This document shows, piece by piece, positions 12,930 through 26,170 of a DNA stretch of 64,000 nt. This stretch comes from Laetmonice hystrix (lineage: Eukaryota), in contig OZ249436.1 of NCBI GenBank assembly GCA_965235115.1, positions 24,120,001-24,184,000 of the forward strand. The letters are read 5' to 3'. The position numbers were made by a program, and so were the translations under genes. Within the stretch, counting starts at the first letter, position 1. Each line of letters begins with the position of its first letter. The notes beneath the pieces were generated by a model that did not search any database, had not been told where the DNA came from, and was given only the letters and a program-made list of their open reading frames with translations.

Positions 12930-13898
12930 ATGGCTGCCCCGGACCTGCAGCAGGCCCGGCTTAACTTGGAAGCCACCCGGGAAATACGTCGGAGGCTAGA
13001 ACAGCACGCCAAGCGCATCGGGACTGCGGATGGCGCCAACAAGGAGGCACTGCGTGAGTGGGTGCGAGGGGTCAATTACGCCGCTGCGTGGACGGGAGCA
13101 GCTGACATAGTGTTGGGGATGGTAGGTTACCTTACCACCGGGCCCTTAGCCACGTTGGTGCGGGAATACGTGGACACGGCTGGACAGGGTCGCACCTGGC
13201 AAGGGGCCCGGCAGCCGATAATGACCGCGTTCCTCGACGAAGATGAGCGGGAATACCTGCGTTCCAAGGTAGATAAGGTGGTACAAAACCCGTATGAAGA
13301 CTCGCAAGAATATGGCTGCCGTTACATCACAGCGGTGCAGCAGGCATACGATGCGGCCGACCTACAGCTGCCCCTTATCATGGAACTTTTCAAAACAGTT
13401 TATCCAGGGCCTACGGGACAGGGCAGTGAAAATCCAGGTTTGCATGCAGCGTCCAGCCAACTTGAATGCTGCCGTCGACGCTGCCAACAACGCTGCCCGA
13501 GCGGTAGGATTGGCTGAGTTTGGGAATGGCCGGATAGAGGAGGCCATGATTGGTGCGCTCCCACTGCCACCGCCGCCACCATCACTACAGACGACACCCG
13601 AGATGCAGGAGGTGAGGCAAATCCTCAAGACTCTCCAGGGGGAGATTAAGTCTTTTTTCGCAAAGCAATGGGACATCAGAGTTCGCCACCACCTGCGCAG
13701 GTGCAACGCAACTATACTCAAGCACGTCGAAACCCTGCCCCGCCGTCAGAACATCGTCGACGTGAAGGTGGGCGGGATCGAGCCTGTTATGAGTGCGGAG
13801 CTCCAGATCACTTTGTCAGGGAGTGTCCCCAGCGCCGACAGGAAATTGCCAACGCCGTGCAGGCTGCCATGGCAACGCGTAATCAGCCGGGAAACTAA
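12930..13898 (+). pseudogene. gag: gag (frameshifted) with CCHC zinc knuckle
   Basis: Overlapping ORFs 12930-13517, 13294-13935 and 13668-13898; CYECGAPDHFVREC knuckle. Confidence 0.9.
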
Positions 13899-13913
13899 GC
13901 AGCGCGCTGGCTC

Positions 13914-16900
13914 ATGGAGGTATGCATCAACGTGAAGGTGGGCGCTGTCACATTGAGAGCACTCGTGGACACCGGTGCTTGCCGTTCCATGCTCCGTACG
14001 GATGCCTGGGACAGGATATACGGACAGGCAGGTGGGTCTGCTCGCCTATGTCCGGGACTGAGATTGCGTTCTCTGAGTGGGCACGAGATACCCACCCGGG
14101 GGCGTGGGTTAGTTAAATTTCTTGGAAAGCGTGTGGAGTTTTATGTAACCGATGAACTCCATCATGACGCTCTCCTAGGTACTGACATTCTAGCCAAACT
14201 TGGGGCTGAAATCAAGTACCAAGAACAGACGGTATTGTTGCGGGGTAAAACATACCCCTATTACACTTCAGATGGGGAGGACCGTGATGTAGCCGCCATA
14301 CACTCCGAATTGGATCTATGGATGAAGGAATTTCCCCAAACCTTTGCGAAGGAAGGTCAGGTCAATGGGTGCACGGACGCAGTGTCCATGACGATTGACA
14401 CAGGAACGCACCCCCCCATCCGGTAGCGACCATATAGGCTCCCCTTGTCCAAGCGCCGTGTAGTGGACAAGGAAATTGACGCAATGTTGCGAGACGGGGT
14501 CATCGAGCCAAGTTCGTCAGCGTGGGGTTCCCCGATCACGCTGGTACCGAAGAAGGACGGCTGTATACGTTTCTGCGTGGACTATAGGAAGTTAAATTCA
14601 GTGACTAAAAAAGATGCGCATCCCCTCTCGAATATCCAAGACATTTTTGACAGCTTTTCTGACGCATGCATCTTCAGTACGCTGGATTTGAAAAATGGCT
14701 ACCACCAAGTTCTGGTGCGTCCTGGGGAGGATAGGGAGCGAACTGCCTTCATCTGTCATCGTGGTTTATTCCAATTCTGTCGGATGCCATTTGGGTTGGC
14801 CAACGCACCAAGTGTTTTCCAGCGACTAATGAATAAGGTGCTGGCCCCCTTCATTGGGCACTTTGTAATGGTATATTTAGATGACATTGTTATCTACAGT
14901 CGCTCTCAAGAAGAGCACCAGGAACACGTGAAGATGGTCCTCACGGCACTCCAGAACCATGGGCTCAAAGCCAAGCCCTCTAAGTTTCACTTTGGAATCA
15001 GTGAGTTGAGTCTGTTGGGTCATGTGTCAGCGGATGGTATTAAGACTGACCCTGAAAAGGTAAGCGCCATCAAGGAAATGGCACCCCCCAGTGACGTTAA
15101 AGGCGTCCGCTCTTTCCTGGGGATGATGGGATACTACCGTCAATTCATGCCTGACTATGCCCGCATCGCAAAACCACTGACCGAACTCACCAAGAAGAAT
15201 GCTCGCTTCCAGTGGAATGAGCAACATCAGACAGCTTGGGCCCACCTCCGAGATACCTTGACGTCATCTCAAGTAATGGCATACCCTCGTCTAGATCGTC
15301 CGTACAAATTGTACACGGACGCCTGCGACTACGCGGTAGGTGCCATTTTAGTACAGGAGGATGACGAAGGAGTGGAGAGGCCAGTCCAGTACGTGTCAAA
15401 ACAATTGTCAGGTGCACAACTAAATAGCAAAGGAGGCCTTCGCGGTGGTCCATGCCTTAAAGAAACTATGACCGTACCTGTATGATGCGACCTTCACCAT
15501 ATATACAGATCATAAGCCGCTCAAGGCTTTATTTTTATCGGAAATTAAGAATGCACGCATACAAAGATGGGCCGTGCTGCTGGCAGAATATGGGGCACCT
15601 ATTGAATACCGTAAGGGCCCCCATAACATCCGAGCTGACATGTCCCGCATCCGTCCCCTCGGCCAGGAAGCTCCACAAGTTGCCACCATGGAAGAAGAGG
15701 ACAACGTCCCTTGGGAGTATGACCAGCTGGACCGGGAAGAGATCCGTCAAGAACAGGAAACGATGGCGTAATACATACAAGGTCAGGATGAGGACAACGA
15801 CTACATCCTACAGAAGGGCCTCCTGTACACACTGGTGCCACCTTCCGGCAAAGCTGAGTACCCTCGCTTGGTGCTGCCAACTAGCGTGAGAAGGAAGGTT
15901 ATCGCTCGAGCTCATGGAGAAGTGGGTCACCAGGGTCACCGGAAGACACTCGACCGCATCCAAGAGGTCTACAAATGGCCTAATCAACGTAAAGAGGTCA
16001 GGGAGTACATTAGTCAGTGTGCGCGTTGCTCAGTGAACCACACGAATAGGAACTACCCACCCCCTACAGACATGCCGATCGCCCAGTACCCCAGCCAAAT
16101 AGTTGGTATAGATATGTGTGGACTGTTCCCCACCTCCAGATCAGGGAACCGTTATTTACTGGCTATCATCGACCATGCCACCGGCTGGGCTGAGGCTAAG
16201 CCATTACCACAAAAGACCGCCAGTAATGTGCTCAGTTATCTTGAGTCAGAATATCTCCCTCGTTACGGTCCACCAGAAGTCATGATCATGGATCGTGGCT
16301 TGGAATTTAGAAATAAACTAGTCAAAGACTATTTGGCGAAGTTGGAAATTGACATCCGACATACAACGCCCTACCATCCCCAAACCAACGGCAAGATTGA
16401 GAGATTCCATCGGACCCTTAAAAACATCTTACAAAAATTGGTGAACGCACGAGCGGGAGAATGGAAGGAGTGTTTAGGCCCTACGCTATGGGCTCATCGC
16501 GTCAGCACCTCTGAGGTAACAGGACATTCCCTGTTCTTTTTAACGTTTGGGCGCCAACCTCCTGTCCCATGGAACCGTCTATGTACAATACCGGCGGGAT
16601 CCGAAAATGCAGTGCTCACTAACCGCCTGGAGGTCCTCAGTCAAGCATTTCGAGATGCAGCGAAAAGGACTGAAGACAGCCGCATGTACAATCAGGAATG
16701 CCTACAACAACGTGCCAGGGCAGCTTCCCTCGAAGTGGGCGACTACGTCACTGTCCGTGCCCAAGACAGGGCACCCTTGGACCCTAAATGGGATCGCGGG
16801 TACATTATCACCAGGATTAGAGGCCCTGTTATCACAGTCCTCGGGCCAGGCAATCATTATCGGACTGTGAACCGGAGTGATATCTGCATAGCCTCTCCTG

Positions 16901-17136
16901 AGTGCGATTGGGATGAACTCCGGACACGTCAAACCAGGACACAACGGACAAAGGCCCAGAAGGTCATGACCTTTAAGCCTCCGGAGATAGACCCGCCTGA
17001 ACCCCACTACAATCTATGTAGTCGGTCTGGTATTAAAAGGGCGAGCGCGGTGGAAGACCCACTCAGTCCTGAGAGGAAGCGTGCTAGACGACGAGGCACA
17101 TATGCTTGTAAGCGGAAGCCAAATAGTGAACAATAG
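13914..17136 (+). pseudogene. pol: pol: aspartic protease, RT, RNase H, integrase (in-frame stops and frameshifts)
   Basis: ALVDTGA; RFCVDYRKLN, MPFGLANAP, YLDD; LYTDAC..AVGAIL; H..H..C..C zinc finger, DRGLEF, YHPQTNGKIERFH. Confidence 0.97.
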
Positions 17137-17153
17137 CGGGACGCCAAACGAGT

Positions 17154-18932
17154 ATGTATTGCCGCTGTGCAACATTTCTTTGCATCGTCAGCCTCACTGT
17201 AATCAGGGCTGACTTGTTTCATGATGACGGCGTGTTGGTAGAAGACCAAGGGACGACTCGTATTGTGTCTGGTCTCTGGACGGTAGTCATCGTCATCCAC
17301 CCACCGTCACGTCCCAATGTCACCCTCTGGAAGCACAGCCTGCAAGTTACCTTATATAAAGCCCGTAACCAAATCAGCAGAAGACAAGGAGATGTGGGAG
17401 CATCGGATGACGGCTCTCAGCGCTCGAAGAGACGTCACGGTGGATGTGACTGCCGGGCGTCAGGAAGCGGCTATCCCCACTGGCCGTTTGACTTCGTGGG
17501 GAAGATCAGCAAGTCCCTATTCGGTACAGCCACTACGGTCGACCTTCGTGTGCTAGAGACCGCCATTCGTCAGACCCGTCAGGGCCTCAACAGTATCCAC
17601 CACAACACCCAAGAACTGCTGACCATAGTGAACCAGACACGCAGGTACGTCCATGAAAACCATATGGACTTACAATTGGTGCAACGAGAGACCATCAAGC
17701 TGAATCGTTTAGCTACCGAGACGGCTAAACGCACCGAAGCACTAGCGATATTCCGGGGTCGGTCAATATTACAACGACAGGTCGACCTGGCCGTGCTGCA
17801 GATGGAGATGGCCATGCGCGACTACCATCTACAGGAGCGCATTTACCATCAGCAGCGCCTCCAACTGGAGCAAGGATGGCTCACCGAAGACATCCTCGTG
17901 GTAGACGGTCTGGCAACCATCCTGGATCGACTTCAACAACTGGGGCATAGTACTCTGAGGCCTCACTGGTACTACCAACACGTCCGCATTACTCCACTGT
18001 GGGACCGGAGCCAGGAGCTGGCTTTCCGTGTCGTTATTCCAGCTCTACGGAAGGACAGGTACCTGACCTACCGATTTCACTATTTTAAGATACCCATCGG
18101 TGAACATTTACGACATGTACAGGGCAGGGACAGTCTTGCTGTTAACACCCTGACTGGTGCCACGTTTGTGCCCAGCAACTGTGCTGGCACGCAGCCCATT
18201 GTATGTAACCCTGTGTATGAGGAATTGGCCCCCTACATGTGAAGGAGCATTGGTCTCGGGACATGCACCAAGCAGGTGCTGCATATAGTTATCACGTCCC
18301 GAGGCAACATAACGTCTGAAGTGTTTCGAACCACTGACCACACCTCCGTAGTGGTAGCACCTTATGTAAAGATGGAGGTGAGGCTACGATGTCCTGATCA
18401 ACCCCCGCGTCGACAGACCGTATCAGGACCGGAACGAATAGCCGTCACTGCCCCATGTCTATTGGAGTCTGACACGTGGCGAGTGTCAGGACTCCAGCGA
18501 GGTCAAGAGACTATTCACGTTGTACCACCTCGATATGTGGATGTACCACGGTTGAACTTTACATGGCCAAAAGGCGTGCCGCCTACCATGGTTCAGCAGC
18601 TGAAATTCGTGCCACGGGCCGAGGTGCCACTGGTAGACATGAACAAATTCGAGACCACGACCGACGCTGGCTCATCATGGACGTTCCTACAACGACCCAT
18701 GGAGTACGGGCTAGTTGTTTTGTCCTTCGTGATGATAATTGGCCTCGTGATAGGCATATATGCCTACATGAAACTTCGTCGGCGAAAGCCAAAGAAAAAC
18801 GTTTTAACACCAACGACTCCAGAAGTTGTCCAGTTAGTGGTTAAAGACACAGAAATTCCAACATCTTATATACCGAATCCCTACCGCACATTAACAGAAA
18901 CTCTACAGACAATCGCAGAGGACAGTGTGTAA
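17154..18932 (+). pseudogene. env: env-like membrane glycoprotein (errantivirus / baculovirus F-like class I fusogen), frameshifted
   Basis: N-terminal signal peptide-like stretch, fusion-peptide-like PFDFVGKISKSLFGTAT followed by heptad-like helices, Cys-rich region, C-terminal TM YGLVVLSFVMIIGLVIGIYAYM then KLRRRKPKK. Confidence 0.85.
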
Positions 18933-18957
18933 AGTGGCTCTTGGTAGCCAAGAGCCA

Positions 18958-18973
18958 GAAAAACGGAGGGAGG
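18958..18973 (+). promoter_or_regulatory. Polypurine tract
   Basis: Purine-rich gaaaaacggagggagg directly before the 3' LTR start at 18976. Confidence 0.8.
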
Positions 18974-18975
18974 TG

Positions 18976-19908
18976 TGTAAAATATCTATCTAAATTTTTA
19001 GTATCCACTGGAAAATACCTACAGGGTAAATTCTCTGTTGACATTTAATATTATGACATTTTATTAGTAGAACTTATTCATCACGACTATATCTATTGTT
19101 CTTAGGAAAATATACTCGTACCTATATATCTGAACTATACTAACCTTCTAAAAGTAACCTTCTAAAAAGTAACTGTACCCACGTACAGGGCAGGCCAGTT
19201 GTCCAATGTAGTCCAAACAAAGGTGAGACCGAAGAGTGCCCTAGGTAGCTCACCCAAATTGAGAGATAAACTTTTGACCATTTAATTCCCCATACACCAT
19301 ACGGTCGGGAGGTCACTGGCCTGCTCCACTCGTGATCATGTTCCACTCGTGATAGTGTCCACCACAGGGTCAAGGCCGTCTGTTGTACTCTGGGCACCAC
19401 CAGGTTGGCAGATAGTGTGTATCCATGGGCCGGGCTGACCAATGGCTATTCATGGACCACGCACCCTCCCAATTAAACATGGCGTGCCGCTAGGGGGCAG
19501 CAGTGGTCAGCGACTGTCTAAATAGAAAATGTATTAGGTTCCCAAGAGGTATGCCACCAGGTGGCACTGGCATAAAAGGGACAAGTTGTAAGAATCTAGA
19601 ATTTGACCATCACGAGTGAGGGAGTGTAATAATCAGTAGTGAATCATGAGTGTACCCCCGACCCTCTCCCTGACCCTCTCCCTGATATCCCTGCTGGTAT
19701 ATATATGGGCCTGAAATAAAGCAAAGGCAGTTTTGGTTCGCACTGGCTGTACTACTACACACACTACTGGATCGTTTGGCTCTTCTCTACCCCACGGCAC
19801 GCTGCCCCGACACCACCTTGGGCCATTCCGGTACTATTATGGTTGGCAAGTAGCACTTTACTCAGGAATCTGGGCTTGGCGTTGGGCTGGTGATGTTTGC
19901 AAGACGGC
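18976..19908 (+). repeat. 3' LTR, truncated (lacks the last ~245 bp)
   Basis: Matches 11500-~12432 with about 15 substitutions by eye; identity stops after gtttgcaagacggc. Confidence 0.93.
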
Positions 19909-20125
19909 CAAAAAGTGCCTATATTCGCGTATTTTTGCCCCAAAAATGGTTAAAAAATAAAAATTTTGAAAATCTGAAAAAAATTTGCTAGGGAATGCCC
20001 TTAGTAATTACAATGCAAAATTTCAGAAAAAAATATTTAATATTTTATCTAGCTGCTAACAGACGGACGCCGGACGCTACCCCATGACAATAGCTTATCA
20101 GCCCAAAGGGCTGGTAAGCTAAAAA
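19909..20125. mobile_element. End fragment of a HINE/DINE-1-like non-autonomous rolling-circle element
   Basis: cagacggacg-type microsatellite remnant, then hairpin tagcttatcagccc-aaa-gggctggtaagcta (20091-20121) and an A run. Confidence 0.6.
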
Positions 20126-20297
20126 TGGATCTGAACTGACAATACATAGGCCTGCACATGCCCCGCATATCCCTCTCCTCTGCAGCAAGTTTGACAGAAA
20201 TCAGATTGTCGTGCACTTCTACGTCTGGAAATCCTTCATGTTGGGGGTTAAAAACAAAATTCTGGCAATATTCTGAAACGTGGCATTTGTGACTCAC

Positions 20298-20474
20298 CTT
20301 ACTCCTGTATTTTTCGTTGCCAAGACGGAATTTAATATATGGATCTGAGAAACCATTATCATCCATTGGCAGAAGATTAGTTCCCTCAACTAGGACAACT
20401 GTCACTACTGAACTCCATATCTGAGTCTTCAATTTCTTGGCTGTGTCCCCAAGTTTCACGGTTTTCTTGAAATA
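20298..20474 (-). CDS. MCTP1: Internal exon of a multiple C2 and transmembrane domain-containing protein (MCTP1/2-like), start of a C2 domain
   Basis: 59 codons YFKK...KTQIWSSVVTVVLVEGTNLLPMDDNGFSDPYIKFRLGNEKYRSK; acceptor tttttattgcag and donor gtgagt; phase 0-0. Confidence 0.9.
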
Positions 20475-20627
20475 CTGCAATAAAAATAGATCATCATATA
20501 AGTTTCTTTGTGATTAAGGGCAAAAGGAATCAAGTAATTGAAAATCAGTAAACTTTCACACCTTGGATATTTTAAAATGTCATGTTTCTTAATCTACATA
20601 CATGCATATGTGTACATAAATAACAAC

Positions 20628-23600
20628 TAGACCTGTCGTTGTTTTGACAACGATGGAGCCCATCCCTTGGTGTTACATGTCAGATGTCATATGACATGTG
20701 ATAATAAATCATTAAAATGAAGGAGATTTGACCTTGGTGTGGTGATATTGATATAGCATTAATACATAATGGCCAATCAAGCCTATATTAGGCTAGGCTA
20801 AGGATAATGCATAACCTGTCCTAGACATCATTATGACATAATACGTCATGTTATGTCACAAATCGTGGTGACGTCATACATCAGGCTATGTCATAAATAT
20901 TGATGTCAATGTAAACAGCATACATGATTTCCTATTCGTGTTCAATAGTAACTATGTCTCTATCTTCCCCCATTTACAAGATATGACACTGAATGTGTAA
21001 TGTGACTGACGTTTCAAACTCCAAGGTCACGTGGTTCAGCGAAATTACGTCATATCGCTTATAAAAAGCTACATTTTGTGAAGGTCTTAATGTAGAATGT
21101 GTCTTCCCCAAGTGGCCAAAATTTAACCAAAAATTAGGGGAAAAAGTAGCGATTTAACTGATTTGTTACCTTTGACCTATATCCCACTAGGGTAAAGGTC
21201 ATATGTCAAATAAAAGGATAAAATAAAAGAGGAGCTTGAGTAATTTCCACTGTCAAAAAATGCAAATATCCTAATTTGTCTGGGGAAAAAGTAGGTATAA
21301 AGTCACCATACTAATGACGTGATTACGTCATGACATGACGTCACGTCATGTCACTGACATTGGTAAAATGACATTTTGTAATTGTCTAGGTGCCTGCCAA
21401 GTTTGGCTCAGATATGTTGAAAAATGACAAAGATATTTCATGATCAGTGTCATTGTCTTAAGATATACTAAAATATCTACTTCCATCTGACTTCGTCACC
21501 TAAAAAATAATGGTGTTGAAGGAAAGAGCATATATGACTTCCTATTAGTGTTAAGTGGTAACCATTGCTCTATCTTGAAGGGTTTAGGATTTAGAAACTT
21601 CCGAAGATGTCCATGACATCATTGTGACATCATATGATACGCTACATCATAAATCTTGGTGTCAATTGAAAGAGCATACAATGGATATAAGTTCCTATTC
21701 CTGTTCAATAGTAACCATGGCTCCATCTTGCACCGTTTACAAGTCATAGGCTGAAGAAAATGATAACATCATGCTCCTCCTTTCATGCAGGCATGCACAG
21801 ATCCAGCACTGCATGAAAGGAGGGGCACCAAAGGTGCGAGGCGAACATGGGGGGGACTTGAATTTAGAAGGTCAAAAAACGCTATTTCTGAAGATAGATT
21901 TGAAGTTTCTTAAATTATTTCAGGCGTGTGTCGGCAGGGGTTCAGGGGGGGTCAGACCCCCCCCCCCTGCTCCGCCAGAGCATCCGCATAGATTCTTTTT
22001 CCCTTAGATTCAACGGAACAACACCGAACGAACAGGTGTTGAATCCACAAAATATAATGCACTAAAATGGCCCCTAAAAGGCGGGAAATCGCTTCTAAGA
22101 GCTTCTAATTTTAAGAGAATTCCCGAGACCCCTCTGCTGAAAATCCTAGACCCGTGGCTAGCCTAACAATAATTCTTTTTCAATTTTTCAAAAAGCAAGA
22201 GTGGGGATATAGAGGGATGTGCCCACGCCGGGCGGCGCAGGGAGGCACTGGGCAGCGCCGGGCCGCCAAGTGACATTCGCACCTATTGAATCTTTACAAA
22301 TAGGTGCGAATGTCATCCACACCTATCTATATCTCTGTCCTTTCCCTTCTCCTGCACCCCTTGCCAACTGAAAACCTTGCGCCATCGCTGCTAGCGCAAA
22401 ACTACCGCCTGACACTCAACTTTTTCTGGGCACATCTGCCCCTGGCAAGTTGGCACTGACAAGGGCTTTTCTATAGAATTTAGTATTATACATAAATAAC
22501 AGCATCAGACATATAACTTAACAGTTGAATGTGTCTAAATACAGTGTTAATTTTCTCTTTTTCATCCCGGGGAAATGTTTTATAACAGATGTATTCACCC
22601 TTGTTAATATTTCTTTTTGGTAGTTGGGAGAATAACTCAGTAAAGTCGTCGCTTGAGTTTTGAAGTTTTAATTCCTGAGGCACACGGTTGTCCGGCTTCG
22701 ACCAATATGTCACTAGGCAGTCGGTGTCTATATGTTCCTCATAGTCAAATCTATATCTCTGTCCTTTCTCTCCTCCTTCTCCCCTAGTCTCTCTCTCGTG
22801 GTGCCATATATCCCCTCGTTCACGTTTTTCCCCAGTCCCAGTCTAAAGGATGGCCGCTGGTCATTGGTCAAGACTGCCCCCTGACCGGCTCCTTTGATTG
22901 ACAGCTGCCGCCCGATGGCTGGCGTGTCATATGACTGAGAAGCTACCTCTTCTATAAACACTCCTTAAAGGGGGAGAGGGAGTATAAATAGGGCGCAACA
23001 GCCTTTGAACCAGTAGGGTGCTAATGATGTCAACCAGGAAAGAGCTCTCACAGGGCGTTCCCCGTCTCCCTTCCGCAGACCCGCTCAAGTAATGACTGCA
23101 TCTATTGTGGGTACCGCTCATCAGGACGACTGCATGGCTACCTGTCTGCTGGGCGCTGGCTGCACTGAGCACACCGTTCCTACACTTCTATCTCTCGCCA
23201 TTTAGCCAAAACGTAGTCATACATCATGAATCTTTACAAATAGGTGCGAATGTCATCCACACTAATCTATATCTCTGTCCTTTCCCTTCTCCTTCTCCTC
23301 TATAGTGTCTCTCTTGGTGCTCATATATAGCCCCCTGTTCACGTTTTTCATGTCCCAGTCTAAAAACACTTGTATTTGACAGTTACACCTATAGTTCAAA
23401 ACCACAGTTAATTCAGCTATGTCAGTTCTGAATACACATAAGCCTAATCCTCCAACCCCACCATGACTGGGAGGAAAGGGGAAGTAGTCACGACCGACGA
23501 CCGGCCCGAAATGTAAAATCTGTCCACATCAATGTGCTGGCTCACTAAACCAAGGACAGCTGGCAAAGAGTGGTCTTGTAACTTCAAGGAAACAACCTTC

Positions 23601-23900
23601 ATCAGAGTTTTGTTTTATTGCTGTCCTCCAATATAAGATTAAAAAATATGTATTAGACAGTTACACATACAGCTGCTGAGCTCTAAAGCACCGCTAATTC
23701 AGTTGGGGTTGTTCTGAACATACAGATTCTGCCAACCCCACCCTGACTGGGAGGACCGGGGGAGTCGACACCAGCAGGCCTTAGCAGCACCAATTACATA
23801 ACTCTCCACCGAGCCGGGCGGCGGGCGGTCTGTGTATCCAGAGACCGCAAGCATCCTAGTGACAAACATTATACATTGTATTGTGAAGACTATACCCATG
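20628..23900 (-). mobile_element. Composite non-autonomous Helentron-like element on the minus strand (distal boundary uncertain)
   Basis: Reverse complement of 20628-20667 reads gggatggg + hairpin (cgttgt..acaacg) + ctag, the same 3'-end layout as the plus-strand elements; 21480-23270 is an inverted copy of ~30670-32280. Confidence 0.65.
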
Positions 23901-25349
23901 AAAACTTATGATCTAGGAACTATCCTCAGGACAGAAGGTGCATGGATTTTGACAAGGTAACCGTGAAACCAGGCCAAACTGGCTAACCAGGGTGACATGA
24001 TTCCGTTAACATCATTATAATCTCATACGTCAACCTCCTGCTTTCATGCAGGCTCAGATCCAATACTGCAAGAAAGGAGGGGCACCAAAGGTGCAAGGCG
24101 AACATGGCCGAGGGGGGGGGCTTGAATTTAGAAGGTCAAAGAACGTTATTTCTAGAGTAGGATGTGAAGTTTCTCAATTATTTCATGCGCATGTCGGCAG
24201 GGTTGGACCCCCTCCCCTGCTCCCCCAGAGCATAGATTCTTTTTCCCTTAGATTCAATGGAACAACATCGAACGAAGAGGTGCAAAGCATTCTGCCTATT
24301 TTAAACTGATTGAGTGATGAATACACAAAATACTAGACCCCGTCGGAGTCACAGCCCCCAACTGAGTAGGAACAAATTTTCTGTGGGTCCAGGAACTATG
24401 TGTACTTTTGGCACGCTTGTTACCCCTCATGCTTTCTGTCAGCAAGAACGAAATCCAGAAAATGTCAGAGTTATTGCTTCGAATTTCTTTATATCCAAGA
24501 TGGCCACGAAGCAGCCATTTTTAATGATATGTTTGACCTGTGTCCTCCCTATAGACTGTCCCTGGTTATTATGTAATGTTTCACGCAAGATTAGATGCTG
24601 TTATCTTCAACTGGTTTGGAGGTACAGGCCATTAAAATATGCATGACCTTTCAGGTCGCTCAAGGTCATGAAAAATGGCGCCAAATCAAACTTCATATGT
24701 GACTTCCTATCTGTCAATAATAGTAACTATTGCCTTATATTGCACCGTTTTCGAGATATAAGCCAAAACAGTGTTATTGGGGGGGGGGAATATTAATATG
24801 GCCGCCATGTCGCCATATTTGCTCTGATCTGGCAATGTATTGGCACACACATTGCCCCTCATATGCACCTTCTTTCCACCAAATTTTAAAGACATCAGGA
24901 TCGTTTTGTCTGAGGTATTGCTCCAAATGTGTTTATATCCAAGATGGCCACCACACGGCATCTTCAACTGTTTTGAAGATCCAGGCTATTGAAAAAATGC
25001 ATGACCTTGATTGACCTTTCAAGGTCGCTCACGGTCATGGAAAATGGCGCCAAATGAAACTTCATAATTATATGACTTCCTAATCTATAAATAACACCTG
25101 ACCTCAAATGACCTTGAAATGTCAACCCAAGGTCAAATATAATGGTGTCAAAAGATTCCTCATATATGACTTCCTATTCGCTCCCCATAGTAACTTTATC
25201 CACACCTCGCCCCATTGTCAAGTTATACGCCACTAAAGTCTAATGACATTGCCAATAACACAAACATTCAGAGATGGCCATTAGACCATTGAGTCGCAAG
25301 TGTGCATGTGTCGCGTCTTAGCAAGTCGTGTAGTGTGCACCGGGCATAA

Positions 25350-26170
25350 TACCCCCATCACACTTATTCGGAATCAGCAGGAATCAAACAGAACCAGCAT
25401 TCGGGAGGGAATTTCAAATTGACCAAAATTCTTACAGCTTTGTAAGAATGGTGTTCGAATACTTAGAATGCACTTCAAACCCGCCTCGAATGATTCTTGC
25501 ACATTCCGGGTGTATTAGCTCTCGAATGCAGCTCGAAGGTAGTTGGAACACAGTAGGAATATTTAGAATGTTGTTACAATGCAGTCAGAATATTTAGAAT
25601 GCACCTCGAATGCCGTATGAGTGCAGTTCGATTGCTGCCCAAATACCGCCCGAAGTCTAGTTGGAAGGTGCCTCGAATGCTGTACGAATTCACCTCAAAT
25701 GCAGCCAGAACGCTCCCGGAATGGCCGCCGAATATGGTTTGAACATCCAAAAATGTAGTTAGAATGTAACACGAATGTCCCGAGTATAGATTCCGGCAGC
25801 AATCGAGATGCATTCGAGGTGCATTCCGGCTCATTTGAGGCGCATTCGGAACATTCTGGCAGGATTTGATTTTCCCTCGAATGCAATCATGTTTCAAATG
25901 CTCTTGGAATGCCATAAGAATATTTAGAATGCAATCAGAGTGCAATTAGACTTCGAATGCCGTTCTATATTTTTCCACTTCGAATGCACCTCAAAAGTTT
26001 TGAGCATGAGCAAAACCTTTGGGCCGGCCACAAGAATGGGCCCGAATATTTGGAATGCACTCAGAATGCAGTCAGAACTTTTAGAATGCACTTCGAATAT
26101 CCAGGAATATTCCAAGAAATTTTATTCCGACAGCATTCTGACTCATTCCGCCTCTAGTGTGACTAGGGTA
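25350..26170. mobile_element. PIF/Harbinger-type MITE
   Basis: TIR tacccccatcacact / agtgtgactagggta (12/15 match), TAA on both flanks, body rich in gaatg/cattc repeats. Confidence 0.8.

Larger units (their letters stand above)
11500..19908 (+). mobile_element. Ty3/gypsy LTR retrotransposon with gag, pol (PR-RT-RH-IN) and an env-like ORF
   Basis: Two near-identical LTRs, PBS, PPT, gypsy domain order and a third ORF between integrase and the 3' LTR. Confidence 0.97.

Noticed and set aside
17419..17436. RSKRR as the Env furin site
   Set aside because: It falls in a stretch where another frame (EDKEMWEHRMTAL...) looks more protein-like, so it may be a frameshift artefact.
20049..20297. Extension of the C2-domain ORF beyond EKYRSK
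   Set aside because: A canonical gtgagt donor follows codon 59; the rest is intronic read-through.
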